Source: Thermodesulfovibrionales bacterium (GTDB taxonomy: Bacteria > Nitrospirota > Thermodesulfovibrionia > Thermodesulfovibrionales > SM23-35). Taken from it: a stretch of 39,743 nt of DNA. The DNA is taken from the NCBI GenBank assembly GCA_963715195.1, contig CAVQRT010000016.1, forward strand, positions 1-39,743. The letters run 5' to 3'. This document shows positions 28,619 through 38,431 of this stretch, in pieces (within the stretch, counting starts at the first letter, position 1; each line of letters begins with the position of its first letter). The notes below the pieces were generated by a model. That model was not told the DNA's origin. It did not search any database and saw only the letters and a list, made by a program, of their open reading frames with translations. A program made the translations under genes and the position numbers.

Positions 28619-29632
28619 ATGAAACTGGGATACCTGATTGCATTACTCCGAACACTTAAAATACCGGGTCTCTTTCCTGTAATCAAAGACTGGAAATCTT
28701 TTCTGAGGCTGCACTTCATATATGCTGCTATTCAATCGGGCCTTCTCACAGCTTTACGCAGTCCTTCAACGAGGGAGGAACTGATCCAAAAACTTGATGT
28801 CAAACGTTCTGAAATTCTCGATGCACTTCTTGATCTTGGTCTTGCGTTGAAAGAACTTTCTCATCAGCAAGGCGTCTATCATATTCGAGGAAAAAGATCC
28901 AGGGCAGTTGTGGAAGCCACAGGTGACATAGTGGCATCCATGATTGAGGCAAATGTTACTTATTATAGTTCAGTGTATCGGCAGGCTGCAGATCGTATGC
29001 ACGGTGCACCTTTGGGCGATGACCTTGCATATATTGGTGATCTTGTCGCCAGGTTCTCAAAAATTGGAGAGCCATTTATACGAAAATTCATAAAGGATCT
29101 TGTCAAAGCAAGAAGAGATTTACGGGTCCTGGATATCGGATGTGGTTCAGGGTTATTCCTGAAAAGTCTTTATGATTTCAATCATAACGCGCACGGTATC
29201 GGAATTGATATAGACGAGCAGGTAGTAAGGCAAGCCAGAGAAAACATGCAACGCTGGGGCCTCAGTGGTCGATTCACAATCATTGCAGGAGATATCTGTG
29301 CCATGGCGGATGAAGGTCACTTTGACTTTGTTACCCTTTTTAACCTTCTTTACTACTTTTCTTTAGAGCAGCGTTTAAGAGTGCTTCAGAAAGTTCGGGA
29401 TGTTTTAAATCCGGGTGGAATGGTGGCTATTGCAATGAATTTTAAAAGCGAGGGCACAGATCCAGGAGCTGCGAATCTCAACATGGTAAATGTTTCATTG
29501 AGAGGATTGACGCCCTTGCCTGATCTGAAAGAAGTTGCCGCGCAATTAGAGACAGTCGGATTCACGAGAATATCATTACAAAGACTTATTCCCGCCGGCA
29601 CATTTTACGGTATTACAGCAAGTATAGTTTAA
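28619..29632 (+). CDS. Class I SAM-dependent methyltransferase with N-terminal winged-helix/dimerisation region
   Basis: VLDIGCGSG, GIDID, AGDI, LNPGG. Confidence 0.88.
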   Translation: MKLGYLIALLRTLKIPGLFPVIKDWKSFLRLHFIYAAIQSGLLTALRSPSTREELIQKLDVKRSEILDALLDLGLALKELSHQQGVYHIRGKRSRAVVEATGDIVASMIEANVTYYSSVYRQAADRMHGAPLGDDLAYIGDLVARFSKIGEPFIRKFIKDLVKARRDLRVLDIGCGSGLFLKSLYDFNHNAHGIGIDIDEQVVRQARENMQRWGLSGRFTIIAGDICAMADEGHFDFVTLFNLLYYFSLEQRLRVLQKVRDVLNPGGMVAIAMNFKSEGTDPGAANLNMVNVSLRGLTPLPDLKEVAAQLETVGFTRISLQRLIPAGTFYGITASIV

Positions 29633-29710
29633 TGCAATTCGTTTACTAAACACTTGCCCTGAGTCATCGACAAAATATCTATAAATGGTGGGGAAGGTAG
29701 GAGAAAAAAT

Positions 29711-30061
29711 ATGATGCCAGAACCGAAGACATTCGCAGCAGAATGGATCGAAGCATGGAACTCCCACGACCTTGACCGGATACTCAGTCATTATGCAGAA
29801 GATATTGAGGTTACATCCCCCATGATCCAGTTCGCCCTTGGAGTAGATAACGGAACCGTTCGAGGCAAGGAGACTGTTCGGCAGTACTGGGCCGCAGCAC
29901 TCCAAAAAATGCCGGACCTGCACTTTGAGCTTGTGGAGGCAACGCAGAGCGTGAACTCTATTGCTCTTTACTACAAGTCAGTTATGGGCAGGATGGCCAT
30001 CGAGACGATGTTCTTCAACGAGAAGGGCAAGGTAAACAAGGTTATCGCCCATTACAATTGA
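29711..30061 (+). CDS. SnoaL-like/NTF2-family protein
   Basis: WIEAWNSHDLDRILSHYAED...SP...GKETVRQYW. Confidence 0.88.
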   Translation: MMPEPKTFAAEWIEAWNSHDLDRILSHYAEDIEVTSPMIQFALGVDNGTVRGKETVRQYWAAALQKMPDLHFELVEATQSVNSIALYYKSVMGRMAIETMFFNEKGKVNKVIAHYN

Positions 30062-30204
30062 AGCTTTAACAAGACGGCACAGACTCTAATAAAGTGGTAA
30101 GCTGTCTCTTTCTTTGCATTAATATTTCCTGTACTAAATAGCAATCATAATTGATATAATTGGAGACAGTACAACTGCAATTCCTCGACTATAAGGAGAT
30201 TACG

Positions 30205-30372
30205 ATGCCTGCCTATGAATATGCCTGTAGAGACTGTAAGGATGAGTTTATCGTTTTCCTTTCAATTAGAGAATTTGAATCTAATCCGAAAATAAAATGT
30301 CCTCACTGTGGGAGTGATAACGTGCAAAAAAAGATTTCGGAATTTACTGCTAAGACAAGCAAGAAGTCATAG
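30205..30372 (+). CDS. FmdB-family zinc-ribbon protein
   Basis: AAGGAG RBS; MPAYEYACRDC...CPHCGS. Confidence 0.88.
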   Translation: MPAYEYACRDCKDEFIVFLSIREFESNPKIKCPHCGSDNVQKKISEFTAKTSKKS

Positions 30373-30470
30373 TTGTTTCTAATAAGTTCCTAAAATCTCC
30401 AACAATTTCATCTATTATAATAGGACGGATCAATTGTGTAATTGGCAGACCTGATTTACAATGATGCTGA

Positions 30471-30674
30471 ATGGGTTCTCTTACTAATATTTTCAACCTT
30501 GTTTTTGGGATCAACCTTATTGTGGTTGGTTTGGTAGCACTCATCTCAGGCATCGTATCTCTGACAAAGAGAAACAGATCGGTAAAGAGACTCACTTCTC
30601 TAGTCATTATCATTGCTGGAGGTGCTGCTGTTTACTTTGGTGTTATTCTATCGAGAAGCGCATATGATATGTAA
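30471..30674 (+). CDS. Small two-TM hypothetical protein
   Basis: Two hydrophobic segments separated by a basic loop. Confidence 0.55.
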   Translation: MGSLTNIFNLVFGINLIVVGLVALISGIVSLTKRNRSVKRLTSLVIIIAGGAAVYFGVILSRSAYDM

Positions 30675-30842
30675 AGGTTGGAATATGTACTATTGAAAAA
30701 GGGACCTCAACTCAACTGCTTCTTGGCACAAACACCTCTAAACCCTGATATAATTATCCTCATTTGAAATGCTAATTCACATTTGCTGGAGAAATCTGCA
30801 CAATATGGTGTAATCTTTGGTTTAAAAAAGGAGACAAATGAA

Positions 30843-31043
30843 ATGGCGCAAGGAACTGTGAAATGGTTTAATGAGAGCAAGGGTTTTGGATTCATTACTG
30901 CTGAAGACGGTACTGATGTTTTTGTCCACCATACGTCTATTCAAGGCAGCGGGTTTAAGACCCTTGCTGAAGGTAACAAAGTTAGCTTTGATATTGAAAA
31001 AGGTGAGAAAGGTCCCAAGGCGGTCAATGTCGTTAAACTATAA
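30843..31043 (+). CDS. Cold-shock protein (CspA family)
   Basis: [15 protein letters not shown] (RNP1) and DVFVHH (RNP2); AAGGAG RBS. Confidence 0.95.
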   Translation: MAQGTVKWFNESKGFGFITAEDGTDVFVHHTSIQGSGFKTLAEGNKVSFDIEKGEKGPKAVNVVKL

Positions 31044-31145
31044 ATAGATTGAGAAGTTCCCTTTTTCTTGATGAGCCCTTCTTTATTTGAAAGAAGTATC
31101 ATAATAATACTTGACAACCACTACGAGATGGGATATAAGTAAATC

Positions 31146-31305
31146 AAGGAGAGTGAGATTACGATAAGTGGTGGTCTTCCTCCTCTCAAACTCAGCATAC
31201 GTTGTAAGGTCGTAGACGTAAAGTAGCAGACGTAAAAAGTCTTAAGCTGTATGTCTCAGGATGTACAATCAACTGAGTTATGGGGGAGGAAAGCACCACT
31301 TTTTT
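31146..31305 (+). ncRNA. Candidate structured small RNA of unknown family
   Basis: TTGACA-17-TATAAG promoter at 31111-31139; long-range stem 31166-31195 with 31273-31301; ends in a T-run. Confidence 0.5.
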
Positions 31306-31377
31306 GTTCACATCAAAAAATTCTACCTCATCCCTAATAGTGATATAACTGTGCTGAATACAACCGGGAATCACTAA

Positions 31378-31866
31378 ATGAAAGCAGGTCAGATTCTATA
31401 TAATTTTGTTCTCGCACTTTGGGTAGGCGGGATTTTCATCTTCACGTTTTTAGTGACTCCAATCATCTTTCAGTCATTCAGCAGGGATACCGCAGGAGAA
31501 ATAGTTGGAAAGCTTTTCCCCTATTACTTTCCTTATAACCTAGTTCTCTCTATTGCGGCATTAGCTATTTTTATTGTATTTATCGGGATAAGGGGATATT
31601 TCCGTGGAAAGATCGCAATCATCCTTTTAAGCATTGCTGTTGTGATTAACCTGTTTATAACCTTCAAGCTCTATCCCGACATCATAAACGTCAAGCAACA
31701 AATCAAAACCTTCGAGACACAATCTGACGAATCTCCGGCACGGAATCAGTTCAGGAAACTGCATGCAACAAGTGCAATATTGAATATACTGTTGTTAATA
31801 GATGGTACCGCTTTAATAATCCTTAATAATATTTCAAAAAAATCAGGAGATATAACATTTGACTGA
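31378..31866 (+). CDS. DUF4149-family membrane protein
   Basis: LWVGG..F...VTPIIF, AGEIVGKLFP, FRKLHATSAILN. Confidence 0.85.
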   Translation: MKAGQILYNFVLALWVGGIFIFTFLVTPIIFQSFSRDTAGEIVGKLFPYYFPYNLVLSIAALAIFIVFIGIRGYFRGKIAIILLSIAVVINLFITFKLYPDIINVKQQIKTFETQSDESPARNQFRKLHATSAILNILLLIDGTALIILNNISKKSGDITFD

Positions 31867-31940
31867 TTGGAAGAGAACAGTACTAGAATAGCAAGGCAAT
31901 TCTCTGGCTTGACAATCCATTTTGTTAATTGGAAAATAGC

Positions 31941-32032
31941 TAGGGTTCAGAAATTGTTTCTATTTCTGAAGGGAGCACAAAAGGATAGTGGGGCCGCTAT
32001 TAGGTGGATATCTACCTGATAGCGGCTTTTTT
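31941..32032 (+). promoter_or_regulatory. Candidate cation-sensing riboswitch/attenuator (DUF1646 Na+ or nhaA-type-like) with overlapping terminator
   Basis: TTGACA at 31909. AGGGTT-hairpin-GGGAGCAC..GTG-GGGCC, whose 3' GCC is shared with a 16-bp terminator stem (31993-32026) plus T6, upstream of a CBS/NhaD-type operon. Confidence 0.55.
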
Positions 32033-32063
32033 ATTGCGAATAATTTATCTCAGGGAGGTGTGA

Positions 32064-32558
32064 ATGAAGGCTAAGGATTTGATGATTCCTTTGCTGGAAT
32101 ATTTAAGTCCTGATCATACGCTCAAAGAAGCAGGCTATATCCTCAGGATAGCCCGGAGAGGAGAAGAGAAGATTGGAGCTAAGGCTTTGCCAGTTCTTGA
32201 TTCAAAAGGCAAATTGATAGGTATTCTTTCGATCGGAGATATCCTCAAGGCGGTTTATCCGAAATATATGTATCTCATGGAATTAGGAAGCTTTACGTGG
32301 GATGGGATGGTAGAAGCACTTGCTCAAAAAATGGCGGACAGAAAAGTCAGCGATTTAATGACAAAAACGGTTATTACCGTCAAAGAAGATTCACCAATCA
32401 TGGAATGTATCGATCATATGCTGAAACATAATGTTAAGAGAGTCCCTGTCTTGAATAGAGAAAACAGAGTTATTGGGATGTTGTATGAAAGAGATGTTTT
32501 CTACTACATTACAGAGTTCATGTCGAACAGTAAATCAGAGGTAGGTGAAAATGAATGA
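32064..32558 (+). CDS. CBS-domain pair protein
   Basis: MKAKDLM, LPVLD..GKLIGILSIGDI, KVSDLMT, KRVPV. Confidence 0.9.
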   Translation: MKAKDLMIPLLEYLSPDHTLKEAGYILRIARRGEEKIGAKALPVLDSKGKLIGILSIGDILKAVYPKYMYLMELGSFTWDGMVEALAQKMADRKVSDLMTKTVITVKEDSPIMECIDHMLKHNVKRVPVLNRENRVIGMLYERDVFYYITEFMSNSKSEVGENE

Positions 32559-33778
32559 AACATTTACCTCAACACAGCCTTTTGTTATGGATACCGCATT
32601 TTGGATAGCAACGGCTATCTTCATTATTGCTTACGCAATAATCGTATCTGAAAAGATCCATAAGACGATCGTTGCAATTTTTGCCGCCAGCCTGATGATC
32701 GTGTTAAAGATCCTTGAACAACATGAAGCCTTTCATGTTGAGGAACTTGGTGTGGACTGGAATGTCATATTTCTTCTCATATCCATGATGATAATTATAA
32801 ACCTCATGAAGCCAAGCGGTATTTTTGAGTATATAGCAATAAAGAGCGCTAAATGGGGCAAAGGTGAGCCATTCAGAATCATGGCGATCTTTGCTATTGT
32901 CGTAGCTGTACTTAGCGCCCTGCTTGATAATGTCACGACAGTGCTTTTAATCACCCCCGTGACATTATTTATCGCAGACGCACTGGAAGTAGATCCGATA
33001 CCCTATCTTCTCTCGTGTGCCCTCGCATCGAATATCGGTGGTACAGCAACACTCATCGGTGACCCTCCGAATATTATGATTGCGTCGAAAGCGTACCTCA
33101 CCTTTATGGACTTTATTTATAATTTGACGCCAATTGTTGTCATTTTGATGCCTATCTATATTCTTATTATTAAACTCATTTGGGGCAATAAGCTCAAGGC
33201 AAGTGATAAACAAAAACAAAGAATTATGGAAATGGATGAAAGAGGGGCAATTAAAGACCCTGTTATGATGATAAAATCTCTTTCCGTCCTTGCCCTTGTT
33301 CTAACAGGCTTTGTGTTGCACGGCATTCTTCATTTGCAGCCCGCTACCATAGCACTCTTTGGAGCAGGGCTCCTTTTGCTGCTTTCAATGACGCATGACC
33401 CGCATCATATTTTGGCCGAAGTAGAATGGCCGACCATCTTCTTTTTTATAGGGCTTTTTATAATCGTGGGGGGAATTGCAAAGGTGGGTCTAATAAAATT
33501 GATGTCCCTGCAGATGCTGGATTTGACCCAGGGCAATATGTTTGCCACTTCAATGGTCATCATATGGTTTTCCGCGTTTGCTTCAGCAATCGTGGATAAC
33601 ATCCCTTATGTCGCAACTATGAATCCACTGGTAATTGATATGGCAAAACAACTCTGAAAAGGCGGTCAAGAAAATTTCTTTCTTGAAATTTATGGCCTAC
33701 GGAATGCCGATCATGATAATCACGGTTGCGATTTCGAGTGTCTACGTTTGGCTGAGATACTATGTAATGAAAATATAG
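32551..33778 (+). pseudogene. ArsB/NhaD-superfamily transporter (Na+/H+ antiporter-like) with internal out-of-frame deletion at ~33655
   Basis: SALLDNVTT, ASNIGGTATLIGDPPN, SAIVDNIP. The frame stops at 33657, but the C-terminus SEKAVKKISFLKFMAYGMP...YVWLRYY* follows in another frame, and the second GGN..IGASAN motif is missing. Confidence 0.8.
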
Positions 33779-33850
33779 GGTAAAAGAGCTAACACGTATC
33801 CAAGACAAGAACAAATCAGGAATTACGGTTGAGACAGCTATACATAAGAC

Positions 33851-34939
33851 CTAATTCCTTTCCTGCAATCTAACCCTTCCCATTGGAATACGAACGCAAA
33901 AAGTTGAACCGCTGCCAACTTCGCTCTCAACGTTAATTTTACCGCCCATGAGATCCAGAAGTTGTTTGACAACGAACAGGCCTAGGCCGACGCCGCCATG
34001 CTCACGTGTAAGAGAACTCTCAACTTGTCGGAAAGGATCAAAAATGATTGTGATGTCCTGTTTTGCAATGCCAATGCCCGTGTCCGAAACACAGACCTCG
34101 ACTCCTTTATCCTTTTTATGAATAGCAACGACAACACTCCCTCTATCGGTAAACTTTACCGCGTTGCTGATCAAGTTATTCAGGATGATTTTTACTTTTT
34201 CCGGATCTGTTTGAATAACATGTAATTGAGGGTCTATATCCCAGACGAAATCAAGTCCTGAACTTTCAATCAAATTCCTGTTTTCAGATTTGATCTCTTC
34301 GATGAATTGAGAGATATCTATACTTCTAAATTCTACAGATTGCAAATCAGAACGGGTTACATTGAGGATGGAATTGATGATCTCAAGTAATTTTTTTGAA
34401 TTCCTGTCAATCTTCCTCAGAGCATCTACTTGTTCTTCGTTCAGACTGCCGGCGACGCCATCAAGAAGAAGGTCATTATAGCCGATAATGCTAATGAGCG
34501 GCGTCCGCAGTTCATGCGATGTCATAGACAGAAAATCCGACTTAACACGGGCAGTGTCTTCGGCCTGCTTGCGCGCCTTGCGCTCCGCTTCAATCCTGGC
34601 ACTCGCTTCTGCTTTTCGTCTTTCAGATATAAGACCTAATACTATAGCAACAATATTTAACAGAAAAATTTCCAATACCCTGTCCGAATCATTCGGCGAG
34701 AAGCCGTTCCAGTTTGAAACTATTATCGGCAGATAGAGAACAGTAATGCTGACAGAAGTTGCAAGACCGCCCTTGAAACCGAACCAGACTCCTGCAAGGA
34801 TAACGGGAAGGAAGTATAGTTCCCGATAAAAGAGATTAAAATAGGCGATCTGCATTTGGGGGAAGTAGTGAAATAGATTGATGAGAACAACAAGAACGAT
34901 TACAAGAACTTTTTTTTCTCTACTTCTGTGTTCTTCCAT
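33851..34939 (-). CDS. Membrane sensor histidine kinase (HisKA + HATPase_c)
   Basis: TM N-terminus; SHELRTPL; NLISNAVKFT, DTGIGI, IFDPF, GVGLGL. Confidence 0.92.
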   Translation of the reverse strand: MEEHRSREKKVLVIVLVVLINLFHYFPQMQIAYFNLFYRELYFLPVILAGVWFGFKGGLATSVSITVLYLPIIVSNWNGFSPNDSDRVLEIFLLNIVAIVLGLISERRKAEASARIEAERKARKQAEDTARVKSDFLSMTSHELRTPLISIIGYNDLLLDGVAGSLNEEQVDALRKIDRNSKKLLEIINSILNVTRSDLQSVEFRSIDISQFIEEIKSENRNLIESSGLDFVWDIDPQLHVIQTDPEKVKIILNNLISNAVKFTDRGSVVVAIHKKDKGVEVCVSDTGIGIAKQDITIIFDPFRQVESSLTREHGGVGLGLFVVKQLLDLMGGKINVESEVGSGSTFCVRIPMGRVRLQERN

Positions 34940-35119
34940 AATCAAGATCTTCTCTATGCCTGATTTCCCCACTGAAAGAAGTCTGCAACAAGATGCTTAT
35001 CCCTAAAATGCAGAACATTATTTAGCAAGAATCAATAGCTGAATCCCGGAGTCGAGAACCAAAGATAGGTATAATGAATTTTATCCGCTCATACAGTCTC
35101 CAATTCACCGCTGCAGTCT

Positions 35120-35464
35120 TCACGAATATTGTACCTTATATCCTTGTATCCTTCCGAAAGCTTCCAATATCTCAACCTCCTTTGCTTCGTCCTCGCTGCA
35201 TTGGAATATTAACGATAAAGCCTTCATGCAATTAATATTACTGGCATAAGAGACTATGCAGTGATCTGAAATCAAGGCAGTCAATTTACTTCTAAGGGAT
35301 TCCTTTTGATGTTGCGGTAACGTAACATCCGGATAACATTGGATGACAAGGGTATTGTTATTCTCCAGAGGCCCAATGTATATAATATTATTTTTAATTA
35401 TCGCAATATTTTTTTTGCCCTGCAACTCGCCTATGATATATTCTACTAATAGTTTAGGAGGCAA
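35120..35464 (-). CDS. Hypothetical protein (start uncertain)
   Basis: 114-aa ORF filling an intergenic gap; no recognised motif. Confidence 0.35.
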   Translation of the reverse strand: MPPKLLVEYIIGELQGKKNIAIIKNNIIYIGPLENNNTLVIQCYPDVTLPQHQKESLRSKLTALISDHCIVSYASNINCMKALSLIFQCSEDEAKEVEILEAFGRIQGYKVQYS

Positions 35465-35508
35465 GGTGTCGAAGTATAATTTACGATAATGAATGGAGTA
35501 AACAGGAT

Positions 35509-35928
35509 ATGTTCAATTTATTAAAAAAGTATGAAAAGTTTATGATTCAAGCGCTTATGGTCATGATGGCTATTGTCTTGGGACTTGCCACTATTGACCT
35601 CGGTTGGCTCATTATCAAAGATATTATAGAACCTCCCTTGTTCCTTCTGAGTGTTGAGCAGTTGCTTGATATATTTGGCCTTTTTATGCTTGTTATCATA
35701 GGCATCGAACTGCTTGAAACTATCATGAAAACTTACATAACTCATAATCAGCCGCATTATGAGGTTGTTCTTTCAGTGGCAATAATCGCAATTGCCCGCA
35801 AGGTCATTATTCTCGACATAAAGGAGGTGGATAGTCTTATCTTAATTGGAATTGCTTCAATTATTATTGCACTTACAGGCGGCTATTTCTTAATGAAGAG
35901 AAGTCGGTCTTATGATAAAGCAAATTGA
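35509..35928 (+). CDS. PsiE-family (phosphate-starvation-inducible) membrane protein
   Basis: LVIIGIELLETI and VAIIAIARKVIILD signature. Confidence 0.85.
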   Translation: MFNLLKKYEKFMIQALMVMMAIVLGLATIDLGWLIIKDIIEPPLFLLSVEQLLDIFGLFMLVIIGIELLETIMKTYITHNQPHYEVVLSVAIIAIARKVIILDIKEVDSLILIGIASIIIALTGGYFLMKRSRSYDKAN

Positions 35929-36033
35929 AATTGTCTGTTTGTCAGAGCATGTCTTTAAAAATAAAGCACATCAAAAGAAGATTTAGAAAGCAAAGCAATC
36001 TTTTATTTTAGGACAAATTATCCGCCTCGTTCT

Positions 36034-36158
36034 TTTAACGCATAGACTTTCTTCCTATAATCATTAATTCCTTCAATCAGCTAAACATGTTTGTGATTTA
36101 ACGCATAGACTTTCTTCCTATAATCATTAATTCCTTCAATCAGCTAAACATGTTTGTG
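36034..36158. repeat. Perfect tandem duplication of 62 bp (period 63)
   Basis: 36034-36095 is identical to 36097-36158. Confidence 0.95.
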
Positions 36159-36165
36159 GTCTCTG

Positions 36166-36247
36166 AGACCCTGAAAAACATCAAACCAGCATTCCATGTT
36201 TTTCACATTTAAATGATCCTTTCTTATTCATTTTCATTTGAAAGTCT
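36166..36247. repeat. 82-bp diverged intergenic repeat, copy B (partner 26715-26796)
   Basis: Ungapped match to copy A. Confidence 0.75.
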
Positions 36248-36602
36248 AAGCCTGAAAAGAGTATCCACACTGTTGATTAGACGAAGATCTGCACCTGCAA
36301 GTTGACAAGTGTCTTTATATAAAGTATTGCAAACTGCACATAGAAGAAAGGGAGATTCTGTGTTATATCAGACTTATCCCAGTTTCCCCTCTGATAGTCA
36401 ACACCGGAGCATCTCTTGCAAGTTGTGATGGTTTCGTGAGGAAATAATTGCCGGATCTTATATTTGTTGTCTTGAACACAGAAGTACTTTCTGGTATTAT
36501 CGAGAAACTATCTAATAACTTGTTGGAGATTTAATTTATTTTCACTGAACCAATGCTAAGATGAACTTTTTCTTCCTATAACATTTGAATTGAAATTTCG
36601 TC

Positions 36603-37826
36603 ATGCCCAACAAAGAAGAAGCGCTACAAATAATCTATCAAAAAAATCTACCTTTATGGGAAGAACTATTAAACGATATTTCCAATACCATCATTAATAA
36701 ACTTCAAGCAGAAGAATTAAAATTTTCCTTCAAAAAAAGAGTCAAATCCCTTGAAAGTCTTAATGCAAAAAAACAGGGACTCGTTAACAAAGGACTCAAC
36801 CAAAATAAAAAGATTAAAGATTTGCTTGGTTTACGTTTTATTGTTCCATTTTTAGAAGATGTAGAGCGAGTAGTTGATATTGTTAAAGAATCTCTTGATG
36901 TGGTAGACATCGAGCGAAAATCTGAAGCATTGTCTTATCGAGAATTTGCTTATGATAGCGTTCATATGGAAATCTCATTGGAAAATCTGACTATTGAATT
37001 ACCAGAGTTTTGCTGTCAGTCGTGTGAAATCCAAATCCGAACAATATTACAAGATGCTTGGGCTGAAATAGAACATGAGGTAGTTTACAAAAGTGACATT
37101 GAATTGCCAGATCAGGCTATTCGCAAAAAAATGGCGGCGCTCAATGCAAATCTTGCACTTTCAGATATGATTTTTCAGGAAATACGAGACAAACAAAAAG
37201 AATTAGAAATCTGGGGCCATGAACGTTTTAAAGAACTACAAAAAAGAGCAAAAGAAGTCTCTATAGATTCACTTCCCAAGTATCAAGTAGTAACTGAAAA
37301 GGATGACTGGGGAAAAATACAAAAAAAGGAATCAAAAGAAAGTATTGAAAAAACGCTTCTCAAAGCATTGGAAGCTCATAATGATGAAAATTATAGACGT
37401 GCCATTGATCTTTACAGCGAAATCCTATCTACTGATCCCCCCTTAAAAGTACGTGCTATTATTTACAATCACCGTGGACTTGCTTTCATTATGCTATATA
37501 AAGAACGTCAAGCATTAAAAGACTTTGAAGACAGTTTTAAATGTGATCCAAGTTATTATCAAGTCCTGAACAATCGTGCACTGGTGCTTAGACGAATGGG
37601 ACTAACCAATGAGGCACTGTACAACTTCAATAAATCTCTAGAGCTTGAGGAAAAACAAGCTGAAGTTTATTACCTTAGAGCACAAACCAATTGTGAAACG
37701 CAGAATTATCAATCTGCTCTGAATGATGTTGAAATGGCTATTCATTTGAGTCCTAATCATCAAGAAGCCCAAAAACTTTTAAAACGAATCTTAAAAAAAC
37801 TTTCCGAACTTGAGAAAGGAAAATAA
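36603..37826 (+). CDS. RelA/SpoT-domain small alarmone synthetase fused to C-terminal TPR repeats
   Basis: KRVKSLESL, DLLGLR, YDSVH, EIQIRTILQDAWAEIEH; about four TPRs (YNHRG, LNNRA, YYLRA). Confidence 0.9.
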   Translation: MPNKEEALQIIYQKNLPLWEELLNDISNTIINKLQAEELKFSFKKRVKSLESLNAKKQGLVNKGLNQNKKIKDLLGLRFIVPFLEDVERVVDIVKESLDVVDIERKSEALSYREFAYDSVHMEISLENLTIELPEFCCQSCEIQIRTILQDAWAEIEHEVVYKSDIELPDQAIRKKMAALNANLALSDMIFQEIRDKQKELEIWGHERFKELQKRAKEVSIDSLPKYQVVTEKDDWGKIQKKESKESIEKTLLKALEAHNDENYRRAIDLYSEILSTDPPLKVRAIIYNHRGLAFIMLYKERQALKDFEDSFKCDPSYYQVLNNRALVLRRMGLTNEALYNFNKSLELEEKQAEVYYLRAQTNCETQNYQSALNDVEMAIHLSPNHQEAQKLLKRILKKLSELEKGK

Positions 37827-37920
37827 ACAACAAGCAATATTGTTCTTCGATTCTAATTCGGCAGTTTGAAAATATCGTTCTTTGAACGAAACTCATTTTA
37901 CTTTATATTATTAATATCAC

Positions 37921-38013
37921 CTCTAACAAATCGCTCCACCTGACCGCTAACAGCTGGTGAGAAATTGACTAGCCATGATCTCCTATGGGCGGTAGGTGAG
38001 CTTTGCTTTAAAC
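37921..38013 (+). other. Degenerate integron attC-like recombination site
   Basis: R'' CTCTAAC, arm GCTCCACCTGACCGC pairing with GCGGTAGGTGAGC with two extra bases on one arm, degenerate R' TTTAAAC. Confidence 0.6.
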
Positions 38014-38431
38014 AATTCTTCTGTAAAACCATTCCTTTTCGTCTTTCGCAACTTTTACGCAATTGTGGCTGGCATTCGCATTTATTTCTCCATTTAGAGT
38101 GCGTTGACTTGATGAAGCAATGTTTAGTTGTGGCCAAAAAAAGATATTTTGATTCGTTGCAGAACAATCTCATCGATTATTTTTCAAAAACCAACTGGAT
38201 ACTCGGCATTGTATTGGAATGAAGTTCTGGTCTTTTTTTGATACACTATAACTACGCTGTTCCACAGAAACATCAATCAGAAATCATTGAGTTTGAGCAA
38301 TCATGGAACTGGAAATTCTATCCCGAAACAAGTCTTGGATATGAGATCAAACGAATGACCCAGGATGAAACAAAAAGGATTCCGGGCTGCATGAAAGTCT
38401 CAGAGATTTATTCCCGGAAAAGGAGGGAACA

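Noticed and set aside
30063..30090. attC remnant after the SnoaL gene (CTTTAACAAGACG)
   Set aside because: Only an R''-like half is present; no complementary arm.
31146..31305. Calling this RNA 6S (ssrS)
   Set aside because: The rod shape is suggestive, but I cannot see a symmetric central bubble or 6S sequence motifs; left as unknown.
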